DNA from: an uncultured bacterium
GTDB taxonomy: Bacteria; Zhuqueibacterota; QNDG01; DTFT01
Length of the DNA stretch: 64,000 bases
Assembly: GCA_963736115.1 (NCBI GenBank)
Contig: CAVTNR010000002.1
Coordinates: forward strand, 96,001 to 160,000
Reading direction: 5' to 3'
The notes under the pieces are model-generated. The model made no database searches, had not been told where the DNA came from, and was given only the letters and a program-made list of their open reading frames with translations. Position numbers and translations under genes: made by a program. Position 1 is the first letter of the stretch, and every line of letters begins with the position of its first letter. Shown piece by piece: positions 1 to 9,863 of the stretch.

Positions 1-497
1 CCGAACGCGAACAGAATGCCGGCCACCGGATGGGCCAGACGCATTGGCGTCTCGCCGGACGGCCTGTCGATCACGACCAAGGCGATTCCGGCCAGCGTCA
101 GAGCCATCCCCGCGAAGGACAGGACCGACAGCCTTTCCCCGAGCACAAGCCATCCGAGCAGGGCCGTGATCGGTGGAGCGAGCGCCATGATCAGCATCGA
201 AACCCGGGAACCGATGAGAACAAAGGAGCGGAATAGAAACAGGTCACCCAGCACGAACCCGACGAAACCGGAGAGGGACAGCCAGAACCAGGCGTGGGCG
301 CTCGCGTCCAGGGGCAGGAAAAGACCCCTCTGAATCCGGGTGAACACTGAAAGGAAGACCAGCCCCAGAACAAGCCGTATCCAGTTGACGGGCAGGGAGC
401 CCACCTTTTTGGATGCGGACTCGAATGCCAGGGCCGTGACCGTCCAGAATACGGCTACTGCGAGGGAAGCGATCTCCCCGATGTGAGAATGCGGCAC
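1..497 (-). CDS. DMT/EamA family transporter (partial, runs off window start)
   Basis: Manually translated, not in ORF track. AAGGAG SD, then GTG at 497: MPHSHIGEIASLAVAVFWTVTALAFESASKKVGSLPVNWIRL...SGFVGFVLGDLFLFRSFVLIGSRVSMLIMALAPPITALLGWLVLGE, a typical EamA repeat. Confidence 0.85.
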   Translation of the reverse strand, partial: MPHSHIGEIASLAVAVFWTVTALAFESASKKVGSLPVNWIRLVLGLVFLSVFTRIQRGLFLPLDASAHAWFWLSLSGFVGFVLGDLFLFRSFVLIGSRVSMLIMALAPPITALLGWLVLGERLSVLSFAGMALTLAGIALVVIDRPSGETPMRLAHPVAGILFAF

Positions 498-784
498 CCG
501 ACTCTCCTTTTCAAGCCGCCGGCCTTCCGAAATCCGGCGAACCACGGTCTGCATCATACGAAAACCGTCCGTGAATAGCAAGCCGGATTTGGGGTTTTTT
601 CAGCGGCCCGGGGTTCCCGGTTCGGGCGCCGGCCCGTCGCGTTTTGACGGAATGGATCGGTTCCGGACCGGACCGGCACCGTCCGCCGGTCCGCGGATCC
701 GCCAAAAAACCGCTTGACTGTTACGATTTTTTTCGGTATTTCAGTACAAAGGCAATTCTACCTTTTTCACAACCGGAGGAGCGC

Positions 785-2305
785 ATGATCCTTCATCATC
801 AGTTCGTACGGACGGCCAAGCGTCAGGGTGACAAGCTGGCCATCGTGGACCGGATGCTCGAAAAACGGGTGACCTATTCCAAGGCGCTCATCGCATCCCT
901 CATCCTCTCGAAGAAAATCGGCAAATTCAGGGAAGGGTACATCGGCATCATGATACCGACTTCGGCCGGAAGTTTTCTGGCCACGATCGGCACTCTGATG
1001 GCCGGCAAGGTTCCGGTGATGATCAACTATTCCACCGGCGCCGCGGATAACTGCGTGTACGCGCAGAACAAATGCGGATTTAAAACCATCCTGACGTCCC
1101 GGGCGCTTCTCGAAAAGATCGGATGCCGGCTCGTGCCCGGCATGATCTGCATCGAGGACGTCATGGACCGCATCACCGCCGCGGACAAGCTCAAGGCGGC
1201 GCTGAAGTCGAAGCTCCCCACTTCCATGATCATCCGCTCCTTCCCTCTCGCCCATCCGAACGACAACGTGGTGATCCTCTTCACCAGCGGCAGCGAGAAG
1301 GATCCCAAGGCCGTCCAGCTCACCCACCGGAACATCACGTCAAACATCGCGGACGTGAAGGAAATTTACGGCCTGAGCGACAAGGACATCATCATGTCCT
1401 GCCTGCCGCTTTTCCACGTGTTCGGCTACACCGTGAATTGCTGGCTCCCGATGACGATCGGCATGACCGCCGTCACCTACGCGAACCCGCTGGACTACAA
1501 GCGCATGCCCGTCCTCATCCGCGAGGAGAAGGTGACCATGATCGCGGCCACGCCGATATTCTTCTCCGGGTACGTCCGCGAATCCAAAACAGGCGACTTC
1601 TCCACGGTGCGCCTGATGGTGGCCGGAGCTGACAAGACGCCCGACTCCCTGCGAGACGAGTACATGAAAAAGCACAACATCGAACTGCTCGAGGGATACG
1701 GGTGCACCGAAACGAGCCCGGTGGTGTCGGTCAACCGGCCCGGCGCCAACCGTCCCGGCAGCATCGGCCAGGTCATCCCCAGCGCCCAGGTCCGCATCGC
1801 CGACATCGCCACGGGCCAGGACCTGCCGCCCGGGTCGGAAGGCAAGATTCTCGTCAAGGGCAACTGCGTGATGAAGGGGTATTACGACGACATCGAGGAG
1901 ACAACCCTGCGCATCCGGGACGGCTGGTACGACACCGGCGACATGGGGATGATGGACGCCGACGGATTCCTCTGGCACCGGGGCCGCCTGAAGCGGTTCG
2001 TCAAGATCGGCGGAGAAATGGTTTCCCTCGTGAAGACGGAGAGCGTGCTCGAGGAACTGCTGCCCGAAGGCGTCGACTGCTGCGTCGTGGAGGTTCCGGA
2101 TTCGCTCAAGGGCGCCCGCATCGTGGTCGTCATCACCCGCGAGGTCGACGAGAGGGACATCCTGAAGAAAATGGGGCAGAAACTCACTCCCATCGCCCTG
2201 CCGAAGCAGTTCATCGTGGTCCCGGAACTGCCCAAGCTCGGCAGCGGCAAGATCGACTTCCGTTCCGCCACGGAACTGGCGAAGTCCAAAGTCGCGGTTA
2301 AATAA
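785..2305 (+). CDS. AMP-binding acyl-[ACP]/acyl-CoA synthetase (stand-alone Aas C-terminal-like domain)
   Basis: Motifs LFTSGSEKDPKAV, EGYGCTETSP, WYDTGD, GRLKRFVKIGGEMVS and PKLGSGKIDF. ATG 785 follows GGAGG. Confidence 0.85.
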   Translation: MILHHQFVRTAKRQGDKLAIVDRMLEKRVTYSKALIASLILSKKIGKFREGYIGIMIPTSAGSFLATIGTLMAGKVPVMINYSTGAADNCVYAQNKCGFKTILTSRALLEKIGCRLVPGMICIEDVMDRITAADKLKAALKSKLPTSMIIRSFPLAHPNDNVVILFTSGSEKDPKAVQLTHRNITSNIADVKEIYGLSDKDIIMSCLPLFHVFGYTVNCWLPMTIGMTAVTYANPLDYKRMPVLIREEKVTMIAATPIFFSGYVRESKTGDFSTVRLMVAGADKTPDSLRDEYMKKHNIELLEGYGCTETSPVVSVNRPGANRPGSIGQVIPSAQVRIADIATGQDLPPGSEGKILVKGNCVMKGYYDDIEETTLRIRDGWYDTGDMGMMDADGFLWHRGRLKRFVKIGGEMVSLVKTESVLEELLPEGVDCCVVEVPDSLKGARIVVVITREVDERDILKKMGQKLTPIALPKQFIVVPELPKLGSGKIDFRSATELAKSKVAVK

Positions 2306-2325
2306 GGTCGGAGAGGACGCTGAGC

Positions 2326-3018
2326 GTGCCCAGACACATCGGCATCGTCGCCTGCAGCGCGGAGGGAGCGGCCCTGTGCTACCGCACCATCTGCGCCGAG
2401 GCGCCGTCCCTCATGGCGGAGTACCGGCACCCGGAAATCTCAATGCACACGTTCCCGCTCGCCGATTACATGGGGCCGATCCGGAGCGGGGACTGGGACG
2501 CCGTGGCCGGACTCATGTCCGAATCGGCGCGCAGACTCGCGGCCGCGGGCGCGGAATTCGCCGTCTGTCCGGACAACACCATCCACCAGGCCTACGACGC
2601 CGCTGTGAAGGATTCCCCCATCCCCTGGCTGCACATCGCGGAGGAAGTGGCCAAGGCGGCCCATTTCCGGGGTTTTTCCAGACTGGGCGTTCTCGGCACC
2701 GAGGTTCTCATGAACGGGCCGGTGTATCCCGACACGCTCGAAAAATTCGGGATCTCCTGCCGGATGCCGGAACCGAAGGACCGGGTTAAAATCGACGGCG
2801 TGATCTACACGGAACTGATCAACGGCGTCATCCGCGGCCGTTCGCGCTCCCTGCTCAACCGGATTATCGGGAAGCTGAAAGACCAGGGATGCGAAGCGGC
2901 CGTTCTCGGTTGCACGGAAATCCCCCTGCTCATCGTGCCGGAAGAAAGCCCTCTGCCGGTTCTGGATTCAACCCGGATTCTCGCGCGGGCCGCACTTCGG
3001 GAGGCGCTGAAGGAATAG
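2326..3018 (+). CDS. aspartate/glutamate racemase family protein
   Basis: CPDNTIH and LGCTEIPL catalytic motifs; C-terminal DSTRILA. Confidence 0.85.
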   Translation: MPRHIGIVACSAEGAALCYRTICAEAPSLMAEYRHPEISMHTFPLADYMGPIRSGDWDAVAGLMSESARRLAAAGAEFAVCPDNTIHQAYDAAVKDSPIPWLHIAEEVAKAAHFRGFSRLGVLGTEVLMNGPVYPDTLEKFGISCRMPEPKDRVKIDGVIYTELINGVIRGRSRSLLNRIIGKLKDQGCEAAVLGCTEIPLLIVPEESPLPVLDSTRILARAALREALKE

Positions 3019-3120
3019 ACGCGCATCTCTGCGATCACTGAAATTTGTCGACGGTTCGGCGGTATCAGATGAAAACCACAGCCCGGTTCCGCAAAGCGGA
3101 CCGGCGCCCGGAGGGAAGCA

Positions 3121-3795
3121 ATGGACGTCAAAAAACTCTCCATTCTGTTCGGTCTGATCGTGACCGGCCTGGCGGGATTCAATTCCTATTTCTACCTGGG
3201 CCGACACAAACCCCTGGCCGAGAAGGCCGCTGCGGCCGAACAGCAGGTCCAGGCCGTTCAGCAGGAACTGGACCGGAAGGTGACTGAGCTCTCGAAAACA
3301 GTGGAGTCCAAGCAGGCAGAGATCCAGACCGTTCAGTCGACCAAGGATTCCCTGATCTTCGAGATGCAGGAGGAAATCCGGAACAATCAGATCCAGATCA
3401 CCCAGATGGCCGATAAGCTCAAGCTCAGCATCGTGGACAAAATCCTCTTTCCTTCCGGAGAGACGGACATCTCCCCGGAAGGCCTGCTGGTGCTGGAACG
3501 GATCGGCAACATCCTGAAGAACACGAAAGACAAGGCCGTCCGCGTGGAAGGGCACACGGACAATGTCCGGATCGGCGGACGGCTGAAAACCGTGTTCCCG
3601 ACCAACTGGGAACTGTCCACTGCCCGCGCCACTCATGTCGTCCGCTTCCTCCAGGAAAAGACAGGCATGGACCCCAAGCGGCTCGAAGCAGTCGGCATGG
3701 GTCAGTACCAGCCCGTGGCAACGAACGACACACCCGAGGGCCGGGCTCAGAATCGCAGGATAGAAATACTTCTACTTCCAACGGATCTTCATTAA
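3121..3795 (+). CDS. OmpA/MotB family peptidoglycan-binding protein with N-terminal TM and coiled coil
   Basis: VEGHTDN, NWELSTARA and GRAQNRRIEI motifs. Confidence 0.85.
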   Translation: MDVKKLSILFGLIVTGLAGFNSYFYLGRHKPLAEKAAAAEQQVQAVQQELDRKVTELSKTVESKQAEIQTVQSTKDSLIFEMQEEIRNNQIQITQMADKLKLSIVDKILFPSGETDISPEGLLVLERIGNILKNTKDKAVRVEGHTDNVRIGGRLKTVFPTNWELSTARATHVVRFLQEKTGMDPKRLEAVGMGQYQPVATNDTPEGRAQNRRIEILLLPTDLH

Positions 3796-3892
3796 TAACA
3801 TACGGTTGGGCTTCCGCAACCGACTATCCCGTTCCCCGTATTCTAATGGGGGCGGGATTTGTGCGTCCCGAGGCTGAAAATGTGGGGTTGGA

Positions 3893-3948
3893 TTGAAGCT
3901 CCCCGCCGCCCCGCTATTCGGGACCGGGGAATGCGCTCGCTGTCAGAT
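3893..3948. repeat. short (internally deleted) copy of the TTGAAGCTCCCCGCCG...CGCTCGCTGTCAGATTC palindromic repeat
   Basis: Both ends match the element at 9864-10116; carries a remnant CCCGCT...CGGGACC of the 44-bp module. Confidence 0.7.
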
Positions 3949-3970
3949 TCGGTCAACAGGAGGATTCCGA

Positions 3971-4900
3971 TTGAATAACCTTTCCATTCGAAACGTCTGC
4001 AAGTCTTTCGAAACGGTCCAGGCAGTCCGGGACCTGTCGCTGGACGTGCCCAAGGGGCAGATCTTCGGACTTCTGGGTCCGAACGGCGCGGGAAAGACCA
4101 CCACGATACGCATGATCATGCGCATTCTCCTGCCGGACAGCGGAACCATCGAACTGTTCGGGAAACCGCTCGAACCATCCACGACCGATCGGATCGGGTA
4201 TATGCCCGAGGAGCGCGGCCTGTACCAGAAGATGAAAACGCTCGACGTCGTCGCCTTTTTCGGCGAAATCAAGGGCATGCCCCGGGCGAAAGCCGTCGAA
4301 GAGGGCCGGCGCTGGATGAAAAAGCTGGATCTTCAGGACTGGACGGACAAGAAAGTGGAAACCCTGTCCAAGGGCATGCAGCAGAAAATACAGTTCATCG
4401 GCACCATTCTTCACCGTCCGGACCTTCTGATTCTCGACGAGCCGTTTTCGGGCCTGGATCCGGTGAACGTAAACACCTTGAAAGACGCCATGCTCGAGCT
4501 GAAGGACGCCGGCACCACCATCATTTTTTCGACGCACCAGATGGAGCAGGTCGAGAAACTCTGCGACGCGTTGTGCCTGATCAACCGCGGGAAATCGGTC
4601 CTTCAGGGAAGGCTGGCCGAGGTCAAGGCGCGCTTCGGCAGGGGCCGCGTGCAGATGCAGTACGAGGGAGACCTGACGGCCTTCCTGGGGGACAAACGCT
4701 GGGTCGAAGCGTCCGACGACTTCGGCAAGTACGTCGAGATCAAGCCCGCGGCCGGCGTTTCCGCCCAGGACCTGCTGAAGCGGGCCATGCAGGACGTCTC
4801 CATCGTCCGCTTCGAGGTCGCGGAACCCTCGCTCAATGAAATTTTCATCCAGCTCGTCCGGCCGGGCGAAGCCGGTCCCGGGGAAGGAGAAGCCGCGTGA
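3971..4900 (+). CDS. ABC transporter ATP-binding protein (YhaQ/NatA-like, C-terminal DUF4162-like)
   Basis: Walker A GPNGAGKTT, LSKGMQQK signature, ILDEPFSGLDP. TTG start after AGGAGG. Confidence 0.9.
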   Translation: MNNLSIRNVCKSFETVQAVRDLSLDVPKGQIFGLLGPNGAGKTTTIRMIMRILLPDSGTIELFGKPLEPSTTDRIGYMPEERGLYQKMKTLDVVAFFGEIKGMPRAKAVEEGRRWMKKLDLQDWTDKKVETLSKGMQQKIQFIGTILHRPDLLILDEPFSGLDPVNVNTLKDAMLELKDAGTTIIFSTHQMEQVEKLCDALCLINRGKSVLQGRLAEVKARFGRGRVQMQYEGDLTAFLGDKRWVEASDDFGKYVEIKPAAGVSAQDLLKRAMQDVSIVRFEVAEPSLNEIFIQLVRPGEAGPGEGEAA

Positions 4901-6168
4901 ACAAGACCTGGACCATATTCAAGCGCGAACTGCTCACGCGCGTCAAGACCCGGGGATTCGTCATCGGGACGTTCGTATCCCCTCTGTTCCTCCTGCTCGT
5001 CGTCCTTCTGCCGACCCTGCTCATGCGGCACGGCGCCGAAGCCGTTTCGACGATCGCGGTCGCGGACTTCACCGGCCGCCTGGTCGCGCCGATGCAGGCC
5101 TGGGCGCAGGGACACAAGAAGGACGCGGCCGGCAACGTTCTGTACACGATCAGCGCGGTGGAAGCCGATTCCAGCCGGATCGATTCTCTCAAACGCCGAA
5201 CAAACGACGACATCCTGGCCGGACGGATCAATGTGTTCCTCATCCTGCCCGCCGACATCTTCACGAAGAACGGATTCGAACTGTACGCCAGGAACCTCGG
5301 CAATTTCGAGCTCAACTATTCAATCAACGAAATGGTGACAAAGTCGGTGTCTGGAATCCGTCTGGCCGGGAGCGGGCTCGATCCCTCGCGCATGGAGGCG
5401 CTGACCCACGAAGTGTCCGCGGCGACGTTCAAGGTCCTCAAGGGGGGCGCGAAGGAGGAAAGCGGGGAGGCGGCTTTCTACCTCTCGTACATCATGGTCT
5501 TCATGCTCTACATGGTTCTCGTTTTCTACGGTACCTTCGTGATGCGCGGCGTGATCGAGGACAAGCAGTCGCGCGTGGTCGAGGTGATGCTGTCTTCCGC
5601 GCGTCCGTTTCAGATCATGGCGGGAAAGATACTCGGCATCGGGGCGGCGGGCCTGATCCAGATGGCGGTGTGGGCGCTGTGCATCCTCGCCGTGACCGCC
5701 ACCGGCGCGACGTTCGCTTCGGCGGCCGATTTCTCCCTGCCCTCGGTCTCGCTCTGGACGCTGGCGGCGTTTCTGCTTTTCTTCCTGATCGGGTATTTTC
5801 TCTATTCGGCCACATACGCGGCCATGGGCAGCATGGGGAACACCGAGGCCGAGATGCAGGCGCTCCAGTGGCCGGCCCTGGCCCCCCTGATCTTCTCCCT
5901 GGTCGTCATGATGATGGTCGTCCGCAATCCCGAGGGCACGGCGGCCGTGGTGCTGTCGATGATCCCCTTCTTCAGCCCCATGCTCATGTTTCTGCGGATC
6001 TCCATGAACGCGGCCCCGCTCGGTCAGGTGCTCGTGTGCATCGGGCTCTGCCTGCTCACCATTGCCGGCATGATCTGGCTCTCGGCCCGTATTTTCCGGG
6101 TGGGAATTCTCATGGTCGGAAAGCGTCCGACTCTGCCCGAAGTGCTCAAGTGGATCCGGCAGGACTGA
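4897..6168 (+). CDS. ABC-2 type transporter permease (YhaP/NatB-like)
   Basis: GVIEDKQSRVVEVMLSS, GKILG and SMIPFFSPMLM motifs; multiple TM segments; GTGA overlap with the ATPase gene. Confidence 0.9.
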   Translation: MNKTWTIFKRELLTRVKTRGFVIGTFVSPLFLLLVVLLPTLLMRHGAEAVSTIAVADFTGRLVAPMQAWAQGHKKDAAGNVLYTISAVEADSSRIDSLKRRTNDDILAGRINVFLILPADIFTKNGFELYARNLGNFELNYSINEMVTKSVSGIRLAGSGLDPSRMEALTHEVSAATFKVLKGGAKEESGEAAFYLSYIMVFMLYMVLVFYGTFVMRGVIEDKQSRVVEVMLSSARPFQIMAGKILGIGAAGLIQMAVWALCILAVTATGATFASAADFSLPSVSLWTLAAFLLFFLIGYFLYSATYAAMGSMGNTEAEMQALQWPALAPLIFSLVVMMMVVRNPEGTAAVVLSMIPFFSPMLMFLRISMNAAPLGQVLVCIGLCLLTIAGMIWLSARIFRVGILMVGKRPTLPEVLKWIRQD

Positions 6169-6746
6169 TGCCCCTCCTGCCCCGCATTCTCAACTGGTAC
6201 GCAGGCCGCCCATCGAGCCGGTCCCGGGAGATCATGGACCGGCTGGAACTGCGTCCGGGCCACTCCGTGGCCGACATCGGCGCCGGCGGGGGATACTTCA
6301 CGTACGAATTCGCGCGACGGGTGGGTCCGTCCGGCGCGGTTTACGCGGTGGACGTGAAAATCGCCTGGCTGGACGCCATCCGCAGGGAGTCCTTCCGGCG
6401 CGGCCTCCTTCAGGTCGTCCCCGTGTTCGTCCGCAGGGGCGACTTTGTCCTGCCCGAAGGGAAAATCGATCTGGTTTTCATGCGCGATGTGGTCCACCAT
6501 CTGCCCGATCCGGCCGCGGTCTTCAGTAAACTGCTCCACCACCTGTCCGCATCGGGACGTATCGCGATCGTCGATTTCAAGCCCGGAAAAAGCTTCGGAA
6601 GGGTTGGACACTGCGTTGATCCGAAGAAGCTCCGCTCCGACATGGACCGGTGGGGGTACCGGATGATCCATGACTTGGATTTCATCCCGAATCAGCATTT
6701 CCTGGTTTTCGAACCAAAGAAGAAAATGGAACACGGATTGAACTGA
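6168..6746 (+). CDS. class I SAM-dependent methyltransferase
   Basis: VADIGAGGGYF motif I, VYAVDV, DLVFMRDVVHHL; TGATG coupling to the permease. Confidence 0.85.
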   Translation: MPLLPRILNWYAGRPSSRSREIMDRLELRPGHSVADIGAGGGYFTYEFARRVGPSGAVYAVDVKIAWLDAIRRESFRRGLLQVVPVFVRRGDFVLPEGKIDLVFMRDVVHHLPDPAAVFSKLLHHLSASGRIAIVDFKPGKSFGRVGHCVDPKKLRSDMDRWGYRMIHDLDFIPNQHFLVFEPKKKMEHGLN

Positions 6747-6840
6747 TGAAGAAGAATGGAACGCGGACAGCGCGGACGTCATGGCGGCGCGGATTGACAC
6801 GGATAGACGGGCAATATGGTAATGCATTAATTGTAGGGCA

Positions 6841-6893
6841 TGTCATCCCCGCGGAAGTGTCTTTTTCATCCGCGTCAGCGGACGGGGATCCAG
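6841..6893. repeat. TGTCATYCCCGCG(G/A)AAG...CGGGGATCCAG REP-like repeat, copy A, with 25-bp insert
   Basis: Matches copies at 11485-11538 and 12211-12263. Confidence 0.8.
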
Positions 6894-6950
6894 AGCGGGG
6901 TGAGGGGCTGTTGAGTGGCTTTCTATAACAACTCCCCCGCAATCACATTG

Positions 6951-6991
6951 AAAACACAAGGGCCCGTCCCGGACATCGGAACAGGCCCCTT
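6951..6991 (-). terminator. probable intrinsic terminator
   Basis: Minus strand AAGGGGCCTGTTCCG-loop-CGGGACGGGCCCTT then GTGTTTT, 30 nt after the stop at 7023. Confidence 0.6.
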
Positions 6992-7022
6992 CCATTTTCT
7001 TGAATAGACAGACCGCCTCGCC

Positions 7023-7445
7023 TCACGGCGTCACTGGGGCGGACTCCATGACCGATTCCGGGACCCCCGCATACGCCCGCATCGTGCGGAGCAGGTCGTC
7101 GATTTCGGCCTGGGTGATCTGCTGATCCGACAGAACGGCGAAAACCCGTGCCCCCAGTAGCTGGACGTCGTCCGGCGTGATGCGGTTTTCGGAATACGCC
7201 CGCGCGAAGGCCTGGGCCGTCACCGCGATGTCGTCCTGCTTCTGCCCGATGTATTCCTTCGGAGCCGTGGCCACGGTTTTCTCTATCATCCGACTGACCT
7301 GCGGATACGCCACCTTCGTCATCACGGCCTGCGGATTTTTCATGACGTATCGCGCCGCAAGAATACCGGCAAGCGACAGAAGGAGGATGCCGGTGAAAAA
7401 TCCGACAAAGAACATGCCTGCTTTGGAAAAATGACCGTTGCTCAT
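7023..7445 (-). CDS. hypothetical membrane-anchored protein
   Basis: ATG 7445 after AAGGA; N-terminal hydrophobic helix FFVGFFTGILLLSLAGILAA, then a helical soluble domain. Confidence 0.65.
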   Translation of the reverse strand: MSNGHFSKAGMFFVGFFTGILLLSLAGILAARYVMKNPQAVMTKVAYPQVSRMIEKTVATAPKEYIGQKQDDIAVTAQAFARAYSENRITPDDVQLLGARVFAVLSDQQITQAEIDDLLRTMRAYAGVPESVMESAPVTP

Positions 7446-7603
7446 TTTTCTTCCTTTCTGATGTAACAGAATGACTCTTCGGTGAACGCGGACCCGGTCC
7501 GCCGTGCTCCGTGCTCCGTGCGCATTGCGTATTGCGCTATGAGATATGCATGAATAATCCCGGCCTTCGGACGCCCTTCCGGGCCGGGCCTCCGGAAAAC
7601 CCC

Positions 7604-8617
7604 CTACCACACCCCGTCGATGACCGACGCGCATTTCGGGCACCGGCCCTCCCGGATGCGGTTCGCGGTCACCTGAAACCCCTCCCGCTCGACAAGAACT
7701 GCGTTGCATTTCCAGCAGAACGTGATCTCGCTCTCGTCCCCGGGCATGTTGCCGGCGTACCGGTACCGCAAACCCTCGCGGCGCCCGATCTCCAGCGCCT
7801 TGCGCACGGATCCGGCCGGCGTGGCCGGACGGTCCGTCATCCGGTACTGGGGAAAAAACCGGCTCACATGCCAGGGGATGGCCGGATCCACGGACCGGAT
7901 AAAACCCGCGATGTCGGACAGTTCGGACTCGGAATCATTGATCCCGGGGATGAGCAGGGTCGTGACCTCAACCCATACGCCGAGGGCCCGCATCAGCCGG
8001 ATGGCGTCCAGAACAGGTTTGAGCGTGGCCCCGCAGATCCGGCGGTATGTTTCTTCCCTGAACGACTTGATGTCCACGTTCGCGGCGTGCAGAACAGGAG
8101 CCGCGGCCCGTATTGATTCCTCGCTGAAATACCCGTTCGTGACAAAAGTATTGAAAAGGCCGCGCCTGGCGGCCAGGGTCGCAGTATCCAGGGCGTAATC
8201 GAAGAATACCGCGGGTTCCGTGTAGGTGTAGGAGAGGATGCGCGCCCCGGAAGCCACGGCCGCCTCGACGACCGCCTCAGGCGGGAAGTCGTGTCCTTCG
8301 TCCGGGATCCAGGCCCTTCCGCGCGGCGCCTGCGAGAGTTCCGAATTCTGGCAGTTCAGGCAACTCATGTTGCATCCCGCCGTGGCCACGGAAAACGCCT
8401 TCTCACCGGGATGGAAGTGGAAAAATGGTTTCTTCTCGACGGGATCCGTGTGCGCCGCGACGGCGCGGCCGTACACGAGGCTGAACAGGGCGCCATCGTG
8501 GTTTTCCATGACTCCGCAGACGCCCCGTTTTCCCTCCGCAATCACGCACCTGTGGGCGCAGGTGAAACAAGAGACGCGTCCGCCTTCCATCCGGGTGTAA
8601 TGTCGGGCTTCCTTCAT
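7604..8617 (-). CDS. amrS: AmmeMemoRadiSam system radical SAM enzyme
   Basis: N-terminal CxxCxHxC...GVCGV, DPVEKKPFFHF, GCNMSCLNCQN (CxxxCxxC), YTYTEP, PWHVSRFFPQY, C-terminal CxxC...CPKC. Confidence 0.9.
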   Translation of the reverse strand: MKEARHYTRMEGGRVSCFTCAHRCVIAEGKRGVCGVMENHDGALFSLVYGRAVAAHTDPVEKKPFFHFHPGEKAFSVATAGCNMSCLNCQNSELSQAPRGRAWIPDEGHDFPPEAVVEAAVASGARILSYTYTEPAVFFDYALDTATLAARRGLFNTFVTNGYFSEESIRAAAPVLHAANVDIKSFREETYRRICGATLKPVLDAIRLMRALGVWVEVTTLLIPGINDSESELSDIAGFIRSVDPAIPWHVSRFFPQYRMTDRPATPAGSVRKALEIGRREGLRYRYAGNMPGDESEITFCWKCNAVLVEREGFQVTANRIREGRCPKCASVIDGVW

Positions 8618-8633
8618 TCCGGTCTCCGCCCGT

Positions 8634-9191
8634 TCAGGCGTCTCCTTCGGACGCCACCGTCAGATCCTTGAAACGTTTTTCGAAAACCTCGAAGGCGGCG
8701 CGATCGACGAGGCAGAAAACCACATGACCGATGGACCGGTGCGAACGGACGAATTCCAGGACGGTTCCGAGCATAACCGCGGCGCAGCGTTCCATAGCCA
8801 CGCCGAAGACGCCGGTGCTGACCGCGGGAAAGGCGACCGACCGGAGATTGTGCTTCTCCGCGGTTTCGAGGCAGGACAGCGTGGCCAGCCGGAGCTTGAT
8901 GTCCTCGTCCCCCTCGCCCATGCGCGGCCCGACCGTGTGAATGACGTACCGGGCCGCCAGTTTCCCGGCGCCGGTGATCGCGCAGGAGCCCGTGGGCACC
9001 GTGCCCCGGATCGTCACCCAGAGATCGCTCTCCTCCTGAATGGTCGGCCCGCCTTTCATGGCGATGGCGGCCGCCACCCCGCCGCCGTGGGAGAGCCGGG
9101 AATTCGCGGCGTTCACGATGGCATCGGTTTCCATTTCCGTGATGTCGCGGACCGCGATCTCCACGACCGTTTCACCGATGGTCCGCTTCAT
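8634..9191 (-). CDS. macro domain (ADP-ribose binding / O-acetyl-ADP-ribose deacetylase) protein
   Basis: DITEMETDAIVNAANSRLSHGGGVAAAI, VIHTVGP, AFPAVSTGVFG; ATG 9191 overlaps the PAP2 stop. Confidence 0.9.
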   Translation of the reverse strand: MKRTIGETVVEIAVRDITEMETDAIVNAANSRLSHGGGVAAAIAMKGGPTIQEESDLWVTIRGTVPTGSCAITGAGKLAARYVIHTVGPRMGEGDEDIKLRLATLSCLETAEKHNLRSVAFPAVSTGVFGVAMERCAAVMLGTVLEFVRSHRSIGHVVFCLVDRAAFEVFEKRFKDLTVASEGDA

Positions 9192-9787
9192 GCCGGTTCC
9201 CCGGAACGGTTCCGGTTGCGGTCTTTCCGAACGCCCCTGCGGGAAGCCAGGTCCTCCGCCGTCCGCCAAACCCTCAGCACGGCCCATGCAATCAGAACGC
9301 CCGCCAGGAACCCGACCGCGACATCGGACGGATAATGAACGCCCACGACAATGCGCGAGAGACCGATGCAGAACGCGATGAAGGCAACGGGCCATCCCCA
9401 CCGGCCGTGTCGGACGCAGAACAGGCAGGCCATGGCCGCGGTGTTGGCGGCATGGGAGGAGGGAAAGGACCGGGAGTGCGGCTGGGAGATGAGAAGCCTC
9501 ACGTGTTCCAGCGTGTAGCACGGCCGGTCGCGGCCGACGAGCGGCTTGATGACGAAATTCACGATCTGGTCGGAGAAAACCAGAATGACCACCGCGAGCG
9601 CGGCCGTGATGCGCCCTTTTCTCCCGCCGAACACCACCAGCGCCAGAACGCCCAGGACAATGGGCGCGATCCAGTGCTCCTCTTCCGTAATGAACGGCAT
9701 CACGGCGTCGAGCACCGGATTCGCGATGTTCCGGTTCAGGAAATGAAAAACGGCCTTGTCGACGGAATACAGGAAATCGGCGATCAT
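9188..9787 (-). CDS. PAP2 family phosphatase
   Basis: KxxxxRxRP, SFPSSH and SRIVVGVHYPSD motifs. Confidence 0.9.
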   Translation of the reverse strand: MIADFLYSVDKAVFHFLNRNIANPVLDAVMPFITEEEHWIAPIVLGVLALVVFGGRKGRITAALAVVILVFSDQIVNFVIKPLVGRDRPCYTLEHVRLLISQPHSRSFPSSHAANTAAMACLFCVRHGRWGWPVAFIAFCIGLSRIVVGVHYPSDVAVGFLAGVLIAWAVLRVWRTAEDLASRRGVRKDRNRNRSGEPA

Positions 9788-9863
9788 CAGGCTTTTCCCT
9801 GCCCCAGTGCTTGATAAATTCCCGACCTTCTAAAAAGAACCCCGCCGGAGGCCTGGCAGCTGA

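Noticed and set aside
4836-6167. 636-aa ORF and other long N-terminal extensions in the track (8634-9902, 15418, 16733, 20974, 22780, 24898)
   Set aside because: The extensions overlap neighbouring genes or repeats; downstream starts with SD or stop-start coupling fit family N-termini.
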